Shown here: positions 1 to 11,544 of the stretch, one piece after another
Layout: every line of letters starts with the position of its first letter
Numbering within the stretch: the stretch's first letter is position 1
NCBI GenBank assembly: GCA_963742735.1
Contig: CAVUMN010000003.1
Span: 307,317-371,316, forward strand
Length of the DNA: 64,000 bases
Direction of reading: 5' to 3'
From: an uncultured Actinomycetes bacterium
GTDB taxonomy: Bacteria > Actinomycetota > UBA4738 > JBBDTT01
Program-made: the position numbers and the translations under genes
The notes under the pieces: model-generated
Told to the model about the DNA's origin: nothing
Databases searched by the model: none
The model's input: the letters and a program-made list of their open reading frames with translations, nothing else

Positions 1-1
1 C

Positions 2-658
2 TTCGGGCAGAGCGACCGGCCGGACGACGTCGAGGCGTACGCCCTCCCCGCCCTGCTGGAGGACGTCCGGGGCTGGCTGGACGTCCTGGGGATCGACCGG
101 GTCCGCCTGATCGTGCACGACTGGGGCGCGGTCGTCGGGTGGATCTTCGCCGCCGCCCACCCCGAGCGGGTCGAGCGGATGGCCGCGTTCTCGGTGGGCT
201 ACCAGCGGCGCCGGCCATCCGTCGAGGAGGCGGAGAAGTACTGGTACATCTTCCTGTTCCAGCTCCGCGGTTACGCCGAGCACGCGCTGTCCCGCCACGA
301 CTGGAAGCTCATGCGCGAGTGGCTCCGCGAGGGCCGCCCCGGCGAGTCTCCCGACCTGCGCCGCAGCCTGGAGTCGCTCGCCCGCCCGGGCGCGCTGACG
401 GCCGGGCTCTCGTACTACCGGGCGATCGCCCAGCCCGAGGTGTTCATGGAGGACGAGATCCCCGTTCCGCCGGTCGAGTGCTCCGTCCTGGCGATGTGGG
501 GGGAGCACGACCTGCTGCCCGAGTCGCGCATGACCGTGTCGCGGGAGAACGTGACCGGCCCGTGGCGCTACGAGCGCCTGGACGGCCTCGGCCACTGGAT
601 GATGCTCGAGGACCCCGCCCGCGTGAACGCGCTGCTCCTGGATTTCCTGGCGGGCTGA
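2..658 (+). CDS. alpha/beta-fold hydrolase (epoxide hydrolase-like), 5' truncated by window edge
   Basis: Frame continues open from nt 2; translation ...DRVRLIVHDWGAVVGWIFAAAHPERV contains the nucleophile-elbow HDWG motif typical of alpha/beta hydrolases; C-terminal cap region conserved. Confidence 0.7.
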   Translation, partial: FGQSDRPDDVEAYALPALLEDVRGWLDVLGIDRVRLIVHDWGAVVGWIFAAAHPERVERMAAFSVGYQRRRPSVEEAEKYWYIFLFQLRGYAEHALSRHDWKLMREWLREGRPGESPDLRRSLESLARPGALTAGLSYYRAIAQPEVFMEDEIPVPPVECSVLAMWGEHDLLPESRMTVSRENVTGPWRYERLDGLGHWMMLEDPARVNALLLDFLAG

Positions 659-675
659 CGGGCGTTTACGCAGGC

Positions 676-702
676 GTAACACATCGGAAATTCCACCGAA
701 AC
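676..702 (+). promoter_or_regulatory. GlnR-box-like motif GTAAC-n6-GAAAT-n6-GAAAC upstream of amtB
   Basis: Sequence cGTAACacatcgGAAATtccaccGAAAC lies about 45-70 nt upstream of the amtB start; matches the actinomycete GlnR a-site/b-site pattern (gTnAc-n6-GaAAc). Confidence 0.45.
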
Positions 703-744
703 CTCCGCCCGTCAGCATGCGTGCATCGAGAAGGGGGAGGTGTG

Positions 745-2426
<1,682 letters not shown>

Positions 2427-2619
2427 GTCGGAGAGCGAGACGGCAGCGGGCGGGCGTGGAGGCTCGCCCGCTGCGCGTCTGATCGAGAGCCTTCGGGCTC
2501 TCGATCGCGCGTACTCCCGCGGCCATCACGGCCGGTGGTCCGCCCGGCGGCGGGCCTCGCTCGTCGACGAGGCCGTCGTCGAGCTGTTCCGCGCCGCCCG
2601 TGAGGAGGACGGCCCGGAG

Positions 2620-4953
2620 ATGGCCCTCGTCGCGATCGGGGGCTACGGGCGGGGCGAGCTCTGCCCGGCCAGCGACGTCGACCTGATGGTCCTGCACGGT
2701 GAGCGCCGGCCGGACCGGATCCGGGCGGTCGCCGAGCGGCTGTTCTACCCGCTGTGGGACACGGGGTTCGCTCTGGGCCACGCCGTCCGAAACGTCCGGG
2801 AGGCGGTGGCGGAGGCGCGCGCCGGGGTCGACACGGCGACCTCGCTCCTCGAGGCGCGGCTGCTGGCGGGCGGGGAGGGTCTGTTCGAGGACCTTCGGAC
2901 GAAGCTCGCCGCCTGGGTGGGGCGCGACCCGGCGGGCTTCGTGACCCGGCTCCTGGCGGCCGACGCCGAGCGCCAGGCCAAGCACGGCTCGGCCGCGCAC
3001 CTGATGGAGCCCGACGTGAAGGAGTCCGCCGGCGGCCTGCGAGACGTCCACTCGGTCGGCTGGGCGGCGCGGGCCCTGGGGCTGCCGTCCCGCGACGCGC
3101 TGGAGGCCGAGGGGCTCATGCGCCGAACCGAGCGGATCGCGCTCGACGACGCCGAGGAGTTCCTGGTGCGGATCCGCAGCGCCCTGCACCTGGAGGCGGG
3201 CAAGCGGGCCGACCGGCTGATCCTGGACCATCAGCCGCGCCTGGCCGCCGAGTTCGGATTCGATGCTACGGCCGGGTTGGACGCGGCCGACGCGCTGATG
3301 CGCTCGCTGTTCGGGCACGCCCGCCACGTGGAGCACGTCCGGGCCGTCGCCTTCGAACGGGTGCTCGCGCGAGCGCGCGGGGCCGGGCCGGCGGCCTCCA
3401 CGGGCTGGGCGGGTCGCGCGGACCCCGAGGGCGTGATGGAGGCGTTCGCCGCGTGGGCCGGCGGCGGCCCCCCGCCGTCGGCCGAGGCCCTCGACGAGCT
3501 CGAGCAGCGGCCGTTCGACCCACCCGACCGCTGGAGCGAGCGCACCCTCCGTGCGTTCCTGACGATCCTGCGGGCGGGCGACGCCGGTGCCCATGCGCTG
3601 GAGACGATGGATCGGATCGAGGTCCTGGCGCGCTTCGTGCCGGAGTGGGCGGACGTGCGATGCCGCCCGCAGCGCGACCCGTTCCACACGTTCACCGTGG
3701 ACGTCCACCTGATCCGGGCGACCTCTGAGGCCGCCCGCCTGCTCGGCGGGACGACCGGTGACGCCGTCGCTCGCGAGGCCGCCGCGATCGTCCCCGCCGA
3801 CCTGCTGCTCCTCGGGGCCTTCCTGCACGACGCAGGGAAGGTTGGCCTCGGCGAGCACGTCTCGACGGGGGTGCAGGTCGCGAAGCGGGTGCTGCGCCGG
3901 ATGGGGGTGGAGGGGGACGCGGCGACGACGGTCCGGTTCCTGGTGCACAACCACCTGCTGCTCGCCGACACCGCCACCCGGCGGGACCTCTCCGACCCGG
4001 AGCTCGTCCGCGAGGTCGCCGCGAAGGTGGGCAACGCGGAGCGCCTCGCCCTCCTCTACCTGCTGACCCTGGCCGACGCCAACGCCACCGGCCCGCACGC
4101 CCGCACGCCGTGGCGGCTCGGGCTGATCCGGGAGCTGGTGGCCAAGGTCGAGCGGGTCCTCGAGCACGGGGAGGCCGAGCCGGACCACGCCGTCGCCGCC
4201 GCCCGGCAGCCCGATCTTCGAGCGGCCCTGGAGGCCGAGGATCCCGACGCCGTGCGGCGCTTCCTGGAGCGGATGCCCGATCGCTATCTCGCCTCGATCG
4301 AGCCCGGCCTGGCGGCCGAGCACCTCCGGCTGGCCGAGCCCGATCCGCAGGCGAACGAGATCCGTACGGCCGTGGGACTCGGCGCCGGCCGGGGGACGTA
4401 CCGCCTGGCGGTGGTGGCCCAGGACCGGCCGGGTCTGCTCTCGCTGATCGCGGGCGCCCTCGCCCTGTCGGGGCTGTCGATCCTCGCCGCCCAGGCCTTC
4501 ACCACCGACGACGGCCTGGCCCTGGACCTGTTCGAGGTGGAGCCCGCCTTCCACGGCGAGGTCGACGAGGAGCGGTGGCGACGGTTCCGCTCCGACCTCC
4601 GCCATGCCCTCGAGGGCCGGCTGTCCCTGGATACCCGGGTCCGGGAGAAGCAGCGGCACTACCCACCGGCGCGCGCCGACCTCGAGACCCGTGTCCGTGT
4701 CGACAACGAGGCGTCGGCGGGGTTCACCGTCGTCGAGGTGTTCGCCCCCGACCGCGTCGGCCTGCTGTTCCAGGTCACCGACGCCCTGCACGACCTGGGG
4801 CTGGACGTGCACCTGGCCAAAGTGGCGACGTACGGCGCCCGGGTCGTGGACGCCTTCTACGTCCGCGACCTCGAGGGCCGAAAGCTCGAGGCGCCGGAGC
4901 TCGCCGAGGCGGTGCGGGCGGACGTGGAGGCCCGCCTCGTCCACGCGGACTGA
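2620..4953 (+). CDS. glnD: [protein-PII] uridylyltransferase / uridylyl-removing enzyme GlnD (start uncertain, may lie upstream with non-canonical start)
   Basis: NTase motif ALVAIGGYGRGELCPASDVDL, HD domain (HD..GK), two C-terminal ACT domains; same frame stays open back to about 2425 with homologous-looking N-terminal residues but no ATG/GTG/TTG. Confidence 0.85.
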   Translation: MALVAIGGYGRGELCPASDVDLMVLHGERRPDRIRAVAERLFYPLWDTGFALGHAVRNVREAVAEARAGVDTATSLLEARLLAGGEGLFEDLRTKLAAWVGRDPAGFVTRLLAADAERQAKHGSAAHLMEPDVKESAGGLRDVHSVGWAARALGLPSRDALEAEGLMRRTERIALDDAEEFLVRIRSALHLEAGKRADRLILDHQPRLAAEFGFDATAGLDAADALMRSLFGHARHVEHVRAVAFERVLARARGAGPAASTGWAGRADPEGVMEAFAAWAGGGPPPSAEALDELEQRPFDPPDRWSERTLRAFLTILRAGDAGAHALETMDRIEVLARFVPEWADVRCRPQRDPFHTFTVDVHLIRATSEAARLLGGTTGDAVAREAAAIVPADLLLLGAFLHDAGKVGLGEHVSTGVQVAKRVLRRMGVEGDAATTVRFLVHNHLLLADTATRRDLSDPELVREVAAKVGNAERLALLYLLTLADANATGPHARTPWRLGLIRELVAKVERVLEHGEAEPDHAVAAARQPDLRAALEAEDPDAVRRFLERMPDRYLASIEPGLAAEHLRLAEPDPQANEIRTAVGLGAGRGTYRLAVVAQDRPGLLSLIAGALALSGLSILAAQAFTTDDGLALDLFEVEPAFHGEVDEERWRRFRSDLRHALEGRLSLDTRVREKQRHYPPARADLETRVRVDNEASAGFTVVEVFAPDRVGLLFQVTDALHDLGLDVHLAKVATYGARVVDAFYVRDLEGRKLEAPELAEAVRADVEARLVHAD

Positions 4954-4959
4954 GCCGGA

Positions 4960-5649
4960 TCAGCGAAGGAGCTCGAGCAGGGAGGCGGCCCACGCGGGCC
5001 CCTCGTCCCCCTGCTCGTGCTTGAAGAACGCGAACACGTCGCCGGCCCCGAGCGCAGGCCGCAGCCGTTCCGCCCACGCCGCCAACCGGGCGGCGTCGTA
5101 GTCCGCACGTCGCAGGCGGACGTACGTGAACGCCCCGTCGGGAAGCTCGTCCACCTCTGCGTCCTCGGTCTCGGTGACCACCCAGGCCCCGCGCTCGGTG
5201 ACGATCGGCCGGGCCTCCTCCCACGACGGATGCCGGAACTCGAAGGCCGGGCGCAGCCACGCCGGGAGCCGATCCAGGAAACGTTTCAAACGGTCCAGGT
5301 CGAGCGCGAACCTGGGCGCGCACTGGAACAGAATGCACCCGATCCGGTCCTCCAGCGGCCGAAGCGGGGCGAGGAACGACTCCAGTGCGTCCTCCGGTGG
5401 GTCCAGCGGCCAGTAGTGCGTGATCCGCATGTGGGCCTTGATCGCGAACCCGAACGCCTCCGGGGTCGCCGCCCGCCACGACTCGATGGTCGCCGGCGAG
5501 GGCTCGCGGCGGAACGTGTAGTTGATCTCGACGCTCGGAAGCCGCTCGGCGTAGAAGGCGAGCATCCGCTTCGAGGGGAGGTCCGGTGGGTAGAAGGCGC
5601 CCTTCCACTGCGGATAGGCGAACCCCGAGGTGCCCACGTAGGCCGTCAC
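4960..5649 (-). CDS. DUF72 (UPF0759/YecE-like) family protein
   Basis: MTAYVGTSGFAYPQWKGAFYPPDL... matches DUF72 N-terminal signature. Confidence 0.8.
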   Translation of the reverse strand: MTAYVGTSGFAYPQWKGAFYPPDLPSKRMLAFYAERLPSVEINYTFRREPSPATIESWRAATPEAFGFAIKAHMRITHYWPLDPPEDALESFLAPLRPLEDRIGCILFQCAPRFALDLDRLKRFLDRLPAWLRPAFEFRHPSWEEARPIVTERGAWVVTETEDAEVDELPDGAFTYVRLRRADYDAARLAAWAERLRPALGAGDVFAFFKHEQGDEGPAWAASLLELLR

Positions 5650-5687
5650 GCTCCGGCGATTCTGGCACCTCGGGGATAATCCCCTCC

Positions 5688-6344
5688 ATGGCCGAACCGA
5701 TAACGATCGAGACGCCCAGGGGTCCCGTGAGCGGGGCCCTGCACCTTCCGACCGGTGTCCGGGCCGTCGCGGTCGTCGCCCACGGCGCCGGCGTAGCGAT
5801 GGACGCCCCCCTCCTCGTCGCGTTCGCGGAGGGTCTGGAGGACTCCGGGATGGCGGCGCTGCGGTTCAACTTCCGGTACACGGAGGAGGGCCGCAAGGCC
5901 CCCGACCCGGAGGCGTCGCTCCGGGAGGTCTACCAGGCCGCGTACGAGGCGGCGGTCGAGCGAGTGCCCGGCAAGCCGGTCTACGCGTGCGGCAAGTCCA
6001 TGGGCGGGCGGATCGGCTCGATGGTCGTGGCCGACGGCGCGATCGAGACCGAGGGCCTGGTGTTCATCGGGTATCCGCTGCATCCACCGGGCAAGCCGGA
6101 GCGCCTGCGCAAGGACCACCTCACGAAGATCAGCGCCCGGATGCTCTTCCTCCAGGGCTCGCGGGACCCGTTCGCTCGCAAGGAGGTGCTGGACCCGCTC
6201 ATCGAGGAGCTCAAGCCCTGGGCGCGTTTGCACCTGGTGGAGGGCGGGGACCACTCCTGTGTCGTGAAGGGGGTGTCCCAGGAGGAGACGGGGCACCTCC
6301 TCGGCGGACGCGCCGCCCGATTCATCCAGGCCGCCGACCGCTGA
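5688..6344 (+). CDS. alpha/beta hydrolase (dienelactone hydrolase/KANL3-like)
   Basis: Start ATG at 5688 (MAEPITIETPRG) computed from ORF frame; GKSMGGR nucleophile motif; divergent from DUF72 gene. Confidence 0.75.
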   Translation: MAEPITIETPRGPVSGALHLPTGVRAVAVVAHGAGVAMDAPLLVAFAEGLEDSGMAALRFNFRYTEEGRKAPDPEASLREVYQAAYEAAVERVPGKPVYACGKSMGGRIGSMVVADGAIETEGLVFIGYPLHPPGKPERLRKDHLTKISARMLFLQGSRDPFARKEVLDPLIEELKPWARLHLVEGGDHSCVVKGVSQEETGHLLGGRAARFIQAADR

Positions 6345-6407
6345 ACGAGGCCGCCCGCAGGACCCAGACGAAGGGAACCGCCCGTCGCCCGGCGAACTCA
6401 ATCCGCC

Positions 6408-8108
6408 ATGCGCCGAACCCTGAAGCTCTCGATCGCCTTCCTCCTGGCCCTCGCCACGCTCCCCGCCGGAGGGGCGCCGGCGCACGCCGCCATCGAGACG
6501 CGGCCCGCGGGCCCGTGCCGGTTCACGGCCACCGACATGATGTTCACGTCGTTCGACGGCACGCAGATCGACGCCACCTACTACGTCCCGAGCTCAGCCT
6601 CGAAACGGCATCCCGAGCCGGCGGTCATGCTCAGCCACGGGTTCGGCGGCTGGCATCGCGGTGAGGGCGACCGGGCGGACCAGCGGATGCTCGCGTCCCA
6701 CTGCTACGTGGTCCTCGGGTGGACCGAACGGGGCTTCGGCAACTCCGGCGGCGAGGTCCACCTGCTCTCCCCCGACTACGAGGTGCGCGACGCACAGGGG
6801 CTGGTCGACTGGCTGGCGAGGCGGCCCGAGGTCCTGAAGGACCGCAAGGGCGACCCGCGCGTGGGGATGTTCGGCGGGTCCTACGGCGGCGGCATCCAGA
6901 CCCTCCTGGCGACCCACGATCGCCGGATCGACGCGATCACTCCGCAGGTGACCTGGAACGACCTGCGGTACTCGCTATACCCGAACGGCGCGATCAAGCA
7001 CGGATGGATCAACCTCCTGTTCGCGTCCGGGACGGCCAGTAGCCTCTGCGGGGCCGACTACACGGCGCCCGAGTGCAACGCGGTCCCGCCGGGCGTGACC
7101 TCGGAGCTCGTCCAGCACTACCTGACGTCCACCGTGCTGAACGGCGACTTCGACGGCTCGACCCAGGCCTGGCTTGCGGAGCGGTCCCCGGTCACGTACG
7201 CGGAGAACTGGAAGGTGCCCACGCTGTTCGTGCAGGGGATCGGCGACACCCTGTTCACGCTGAACGAGGCCATCCGCAGCTACCAGATCGTCCGCCACAA
7301 CAGGGCGCCGGCCAAGATGATCTTCTTCTCCGGCGGTCACGGGCAGATCGACGACCCCGGCCAGCGGCGCTACATCAACGACCGGGTGCTCGATTGGTTC
7401 CTCCGCCACCTGCGCAAGGATCGCCGCGCCTCCACCGGACCCGCGGTCGAGGTGTACGCGGGCTGGTTGGGCGCGAAGAAGGCGGCCCGGCGCTTCATTC
7501 CGTTCACGGGATGGCCGGTCAGCAAGCCCATCCGCTTCGAGCTGACAACGATCGGCGGCGCGCCGGCTCCGGTGCCCGTCCCCGGCCTGAGCGCGGTGCC
7601 GATCGTCAACAGCGTGGCTCCCACCAGCTACTCCGAGGTGCCGAACTTCCAGTCGGGAGGCGGGCCGAACTCGCCGATCCAGGCCAGCGACGCCGCGGAA
7701 CCCCTGACGGCGGCCTCGTTCGAGACCGCGGCGCTCGAGGACGACCTCGCCATGATCGGGTCGCCGCAGGTGCACTTCACGCTGACCTCGACCGCGGGCG
7801 AGGCGATCGTGTTCTGGAAGATCTACGACGAGGCGCCGGACGGCACGCGGGTCCTCGTCCACAACCTGGTCACGCCGATTCGCGTGGTGGGCGCGGGTAC
7901 GTGGCCGGCCACCGAGCCCATCACCACGCCTGTCGAGATCCTGTTGTCGTTCCAGTCGATCGTGCATCACTTCGAGCCGGGCCACCGGATCGTCCTGACG
8001 GTGTCGACCACCGACACGGCGCACTACGCCAGCCGGATCCCGGCCGTCTACGGGATCGGCGCGGCTCCCGGCGCGGACGGCCTGCTGACGCTTCCGGTCG
8101 CGGGCTAG
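6408..8108 (+). CDS. secreted CocE/NonD family hydrolase (X-Pro dipeptidyl-peptidase S15-like)
   Basis: Signal peptide MRRTLKLSIAFLLALATLPAGGAPAHA; GGSYGG nucleophile motif; C-terminal beta-sandwich domain typical of CocE/NonD. Confidence 0.8.
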   Translation: MRRTLKLSIAFLLALATLPAGGAPAHAAIETRPAGPCRFTATDMMFTSFDGTQIDATYYVPSSASKRHPEPAVMLSHGFGGWHRGEGDRADQRMLASHCYVVLGWTERGFGNSGGEVHLLSPDYEVRDAQGLVDWLARRPEVLKDRKGDPRVGMFGGSYGGGIQTLLATHDRRIDAITPQVTWNDLRYSLYPNGAIKHGWINLLFASGTASSLCGADYTAPECNAVPPGVTSELVQHYLTSTVLNGDFDGSTQAWLAERSPVTYAENWKVPTLFVQGIGDTLFTLNEAIRSYQIVRHNRAPAKMIFFSGGHGQIDDPGQRRYINDRVLDWFLRHLRKDRRASTGPAVEVYAGWLGAKKAARRFIPFTGWPVSKPIRFELTTIGGAPAPVPVPGLSAVPIVNSVAPTSYSEVPNFQSGGGPNSPIQASDAAEPLTAASFETAALEDDLAMIGSPQVHFTLTSTAGEAIVFWKIYDEAPDGTRVLVHNLVTPIRVVGAGTWPATEPITTPVEILLSFQSIVHHFEPGHRIVLTVSTTDTAHYASRIPAVYGIGAAPGADGLLTLPVAG

Positions 8109-8129
8109 CTCCGCGGGTACCCTCCGTGG

Positions 8130-8396
8130 ATGTCTCCCCGTCGCCATCGGGCGGGACGGGAGCGCCCCGGCCCGCCGCTGCCCCGGTCCTCGCCGTCGCA
8201 GGTCCCGTCCTGGGCGGTCCTGCCGGGCGTGGAGGTGCGCGCGGTGGCCGGCGACAAGCCGTACCGCTGCCCCGGGTGCCAGGGCGTGATCCCGCCGGGC
8301 ACGCCGCACCTGGTGATCGTGCCCGCGGATGCTCCCGAGGACCGGCGGCACTGGCACACGCCCTGCTGGCGGCGCGAGCTCAACCGGCGGCGGTAG
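8130..8396 (+). CDS. small hypothetical protein with CPGC...HxHTPC zinc-ribbon-like motif
   Basis: 88-aa ORF filling a 290-nt gap; contains YRCPGCQGV...RRHWHTPCW; start uncertain. Confidence 0.35.
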   Translation: MSPRRHRAGRERPGPPLPRSSPSQVPSWAVLPGVEVRAVAGDKPYRCPGCQGVIPPGTPHLVIVPADAPEDRRHWHTPCWRRELNRRR

Positions 8397-8412
8397 GCCG
8401 TAGGATCGCGCG

Positions 8413-8778
8413 ATGCTCCGGGCCGAGCTGTGGGAGGACCCCCCAGGACGTTGGAACGGCCGCCTGTCGAGCGACCCTCCTAAGATCGTCACCGCCGGAT
8501 CGCGGGCCGAGTGCCTGGACCGGCTGCTGGACTCGGCCGGGGGCGATCCCGATGCCGCCGTGGTGGTCGAGGAGCGGCCCAGGCTGGTGGGCGTGGCGGA
8601 GGCGGCCGCCATCCTCGGCTGGGACAAGCGCCGGGTGATCACGTACGTGGATCGGGGCCGCTTCCCCGAGCCGCTCGCCCGCCTCGCCGGGGGGCGGGTG
8701 TGGCGCCGCGAGGACGTTCAGGCCTGGGCCGACGCCTGGAAGACCCGGCGGACGAAACGAAAGGGGCCCGGTCCCTAG
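8413..8778 (+). CDS. HTH DNA-binding protein (excisionase/MerR-like C-terminal HTH; HicB-like N-terminal region)
   Basis: C-terminal AEAAAILGWDKRRVITYVDRGRFPEPLARLAGGRVWRREDV resembles excisionase-family HTH; stop codon lies in loop of downstream hairpin. Confidence 0.6.
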   Translation: MLRAELWEDPPGRWNGRLSSDPPKIVTAGSRAECLDRLLDSAGGDPDAAVVVEERPRLVGVAEAAAILGWDKRRVITYVDRGRFPEPLARLAGGRVWRREDVQAWADAWKTRRTKRKGPGP

Positions 8779-8788
8779 GACCGGGCCC
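8764..8788. terminator. perfect palindrome GGGCCCGGTCCctagGGACCGGGCCC, bidirectional terminator between convergent genes
   Basis: 11-bp perfect stem seen directly; followed by tctcgtttg; sits between the convergent genes ending at 8778 and 8811. Confidence 0.6.
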
Positions 8789-8810
8789 TCTCGTTTGGGC
8801 GGGTGCCTCG

Positions 8811-9161
8811 TTAGGCGGCCCGATGCATCCGCGACTCGATCTCGGTCGCCTCGTCGGCAGAGCGCCGCGCGTAGGACCCGATCAGGCCGAGGAACTCGTG
8901 CCAGAGGGTGGCCAGTCCGGCCAGCGTGAGACCGGTCATGACCACGTGCACCCACTCGGCCCGCAGAGCTACGCCCCAGGCCGCGAAGGGGGAGTAGTCG
9001 GCGACGAACGCCGCCACGATCCCCAGCACGATCGTCAGGAGCGTCCGAACCCCCTTGGAGAGGTCCGAGGACTCCGTGAACAGATCGACAACCTTCGCGA
9101 TCGCGAGACCGAGCAAAACCACTGTGGCGAACACGTACATGTGCCCACCTCCTTTCATCAC
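8811..9161 (-). CDS. small integral membrane protein (hypothetical)
   Basis: Three predicted TM helices (MYVFATVVLLGLAIAKVV..., LLTIVLGIVAAFVADY..., VVMTGLTLAGLATLW); start may be internal Met. Confidence 0.55.
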   Translation of the reverse strand: MMKGGGHMYVFATVVLLGLAIAKVVDLFTESSDLSKGVRTLLTIVLGIVAAFVADYSPFAAWGVALRAEWVHVVMTGLTLAGLATLWHEFLGLIGSYARRSADEATEIESRMHRAA

Positions 9162-9303
9162 GGTTTGACCCGCCGATGGGCTCCCGGGTTACCGCCGTGG
9201 GCTCGAATGGATGACCGGCGGTCAGTGGGCGCATCGCGGTCCGGCTATACTTCCGCGGTCCGAGAAGGCCGCGGGATGCGTCCCGCCCGAAAGGAGGCTC
9301 CAC

Positions 9304-9687
9304 GTGGGTTTGAAGTTCCTGTCGGAGGAGTGGGTCAGCGCCGTCAAGGAGGCCCTGGGGAACAACGAGGCGTTCAAGAACGCCGCGGGCTCCCAGAGCG
9401 CGACGATCCAGCAGGTCGTCAACACTCCTGAGGGCGACGTCAAGTACTACGTCAAGCTGGACGGCGGCAACCTCGAGCTCGCGCTCGGCGAGGTCGAGGG
9501 CGCGGACGCCACGATCACCCAGGATTACGACACGGCGGTCGCGCTGTCCAAGAACGAGCTCACGGGTACCGCCGCGTACATGAGCGGCAAGCTCAAGGTG
9601 TCCGGCGACCTCATGAAGCTGATGGCCATGCAGGGCGCGTTCAACCAGCTCCCCGCCGCCACGGCCAGCCTGGAAGTCGACTACTAG
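9304..9687 (+). CDS. SCP2 sterol-binding domain protein
   Basis: GTG start at 9304 preceded by RBS GAAAGGAGG; LKFLSEEWVSAVKEALGNNEAFKNAA...MSGKLKVSGDLMKLMAMQ is typical SCP-2. Confidence 0.8.
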   Translation: MGLKFLSEEWVSAVKEALGNNEAFKNAAGSQSATIQQVVNTPEGDVKYYVKLDGGNLELALGEVEGADATITQDYDTAVALSKNELTGTAAYMSGKLKVSGDLMKLMAMQGAFNQLPAATASLEVDY

Positions 9688-9708
9688 GCCGAACGAGAGC
9701 AGCGATCA

Positions 9709-9732
9709 CGGCCGGGCCCTCGGGCCCGGCCG
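9709..9732. terminator. palindrome CGGCCGGGCCCtcGGGCCCGGCCG followed by TTT; bidirectional terminator
   Basis: 11-bp perfect inverted repeat between convergent SCP2 and thioesterase genes. Confidence 0.55.
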
Positions 9733-9741
9733 TTTCGCTTC

Positions 9742-10188
9742 CTAGAAGGCTCCGGGAGCCGGAAGGATGATGAACGTCGCCGACGCGCGGGACAGCAGCT
9801 TCTCCTCGCCGTCGTAGACCTCGGCCTCGCCGTAGCCCATCCGCTGGCCGGTGTGCAGGGCCCGGCCGCGGGCGATGACCCGCCCACCCTTCGTCGAGGC
9901 CAGGAAGTGGACGTTCAGCTGGGCGGTCCGGTGGGTGAGCCCCGCGCGCAGCCGGGACCGCAGGGCCAGGCCGATCGCCGTGTCGGCCATCAGCGAGATC
10001 ACCCCGCCGTGGACGATCCCCTGGGGGTTGAAGTGCTGGGGTTGGAGGTCGAGCACGAGCTCGGAGGTGCCGTCGGCCACGTTGCCGACGCTGATCCCGA
10101 CCCACCCGTGGAAGGCCGAGCGGTCGATCCGTTCGCGAAGCTCGGTGAGGTACTGCTCGTCCAGCCCCGAACCGGTGTCCTCGTCCAT
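9742..10188 (-). CDS. PaaI/4HBT-family hotdog thioesterase
   Basis: ...HFNPQGIVHGGVISLMADTAIGLAL... hotdog-fold thioesterase motif. Confidence 0.8.
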   Translation of the reverse strand: MDEDTGSGLDEQYLTELRERIDRSAFHGWVGISVGNVADGTSELVLDLQPQHFNPQGIVHGGVISLMADTAIGLALRSRLRAGLTHRTAQLNVHFLASTKGGRVIARGRALHTGQRMGYGEAEVYDGEEKLLSRASATFIILPAPGAF

Positions 10189-10209
10189 GCGCTCTCCCTC
10201 GTCGGTCCG

Positions 10210-11508
10210 TTAGATGTAGCCGCGGAGCTGTTCCGCACGGTCGACCTTCTCCACCGCGATCGCGTAGGCCGACAGCCGCAGTGGGATGCCGTCCACGGCC
10301 GAGCGCGCGTGGACCTCCTTCCATGACCGAGCCATCGTCTTGTGGAGCTCGTCGTTCACCTTCGTCTCGTCCCAGCGGAACTGCTGGATGTTCTGGACCC
10401 ACTCGAAGTACGAGACCGTGACCCCGCCGGCGTTGGCGAGGATGTCGGGGATGACCACGACGCCGCGGTCCTCGAGCACCGCGTCCGCCGCGGGGGTGAC
10501 CGGGTGGTTCGCGGCCTCCACCAAGACTCGGGCCCTGATCCGATCGGCGTTGCGTTCGTTGACGACACGGTCGAGGGCGGCCGGGATCAGCACGTCGACC
10601 TCCAGCTCGAGCAGCTCGGGGTTCGTGATCGCGTCGGCCCCGGGGAACCCGCCCACCGAGCGCGTCCCGCGCACGTGGTCGTACAGGGCCTGCACGTCGA
10701 GACCCTCCCGGTTGTAGATGCCGCCCCCGACGTCGGAGACCGCCACAACCCGTACCCCGAGCGACCCGATCAGGCGCGCCGCCCAGGAGCCGACGTTGCC
10801 GAATCCCTGGATGGCCACGGTGGCCCCGGCCAGGTCGATGTCCAGGTCCCGGGCGGCCTCGCCGAGGACGTCCACCACGCCGCGACCCGTCGCCGCGTCG
10901 CGTCCGTACGATCCCCCGAGCTCGATGGGTTTCCCGGTGACGATGGCTGGCGTGTATCCGTACCGGGACGAGTAGGCGTCCATCATCCAGGCCATGGTCT
11001 GCGCGTCGGTGTTCACGTCGGGAGCGGGGATGTCCCGGTTCACGCCGAGGATGTAGGAGATCATCGTCGTGAACCGCCGCGTCAGTCGCTGCTTCTCCCC
11101 GTCACTCATGATCGTCGGCTCGCACTGCACCCCGCCCTTCGCCCCTCCGTAGGGGATGTCCACGACGGCCGTCTTCCAGGTCATCAACGCGGCGAGGGCG
11201 CGGACCTCGTCGATGTCCGCGTCCGGGTGATACCGGATCCCGCCCTTGTACGGGCCACGCGCCGCGTTGTGCTGGACGCGGTAGCCGCTGAACACCATCA
11301 GCCGGCCGTCGTCCATGCGGACGGGGACCTGCACGGTGAGCTCCCGATACGAGCTGCGGAGGATGTCGCGCATCTCGTCGGAGAGGTGGATGTGGTCGGC
11401 GGCGCGGTCGAAGAAGTGGTTGACCGCCTCGTGCGGGTTCATCTCCTGGGTCGCTGAAAGAGGCTTCGCGCGGGGCGGCGGGTCGGTCGGGCGAGACTCG
11501 GTCTGCAC
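10210..11508 (-). CDS. gdhA: NAD(P)-dependent glutamate dehydrogenase
   Basis: KGGIRYHPDADIDEVRALAALMTWKTAVVDIPYGGAKGG and GFGNVGSWAA Rossmann motif; internal Met (MNPHEAV...) is alternative start. Confidence 0.9.
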   Translation of the reverse strand: MQTESRPTDPPPRAKPLSATQEMNPHEAVNHFFDRAADHIHLSDEMRDILRSSYRELTVQVPVRMDDGRLMVFSGYRVQHNAARGPYKGGIRYHPDADIDEVRALAALMTWKTAVVDIPYGGAKGGVQCEPTIMSDGEKQRLTRRFTTMISYILGVNRDIPAPDVNTDAQTMAWMMDAYSSRYGYTPAIVTGKPIELGGSYGRDAATGRGVVDVLGEAARDLDIDLAGATVAIQGFGNVGSWAARLIGSLGVRVVAVSDVGGGIYNREGLDVQALYDHVRGTRSVGGFPGADAITNPELLELEVDVLIPAALDRVVNERNADRIRARVLVEAANHPVTPAADAVLEDRGVVVIPDILANAGGVTVSYFEWVQNIQQFRWDETKVNDELHKTMARSWKEVHARSAVDGIPLRLSAYAIAVEKVDRAEQLRGYI

Positions 11509-11544
11509 GGTGACGGGGAGCGTACGCCGGTGGGCTGGGCCGCG

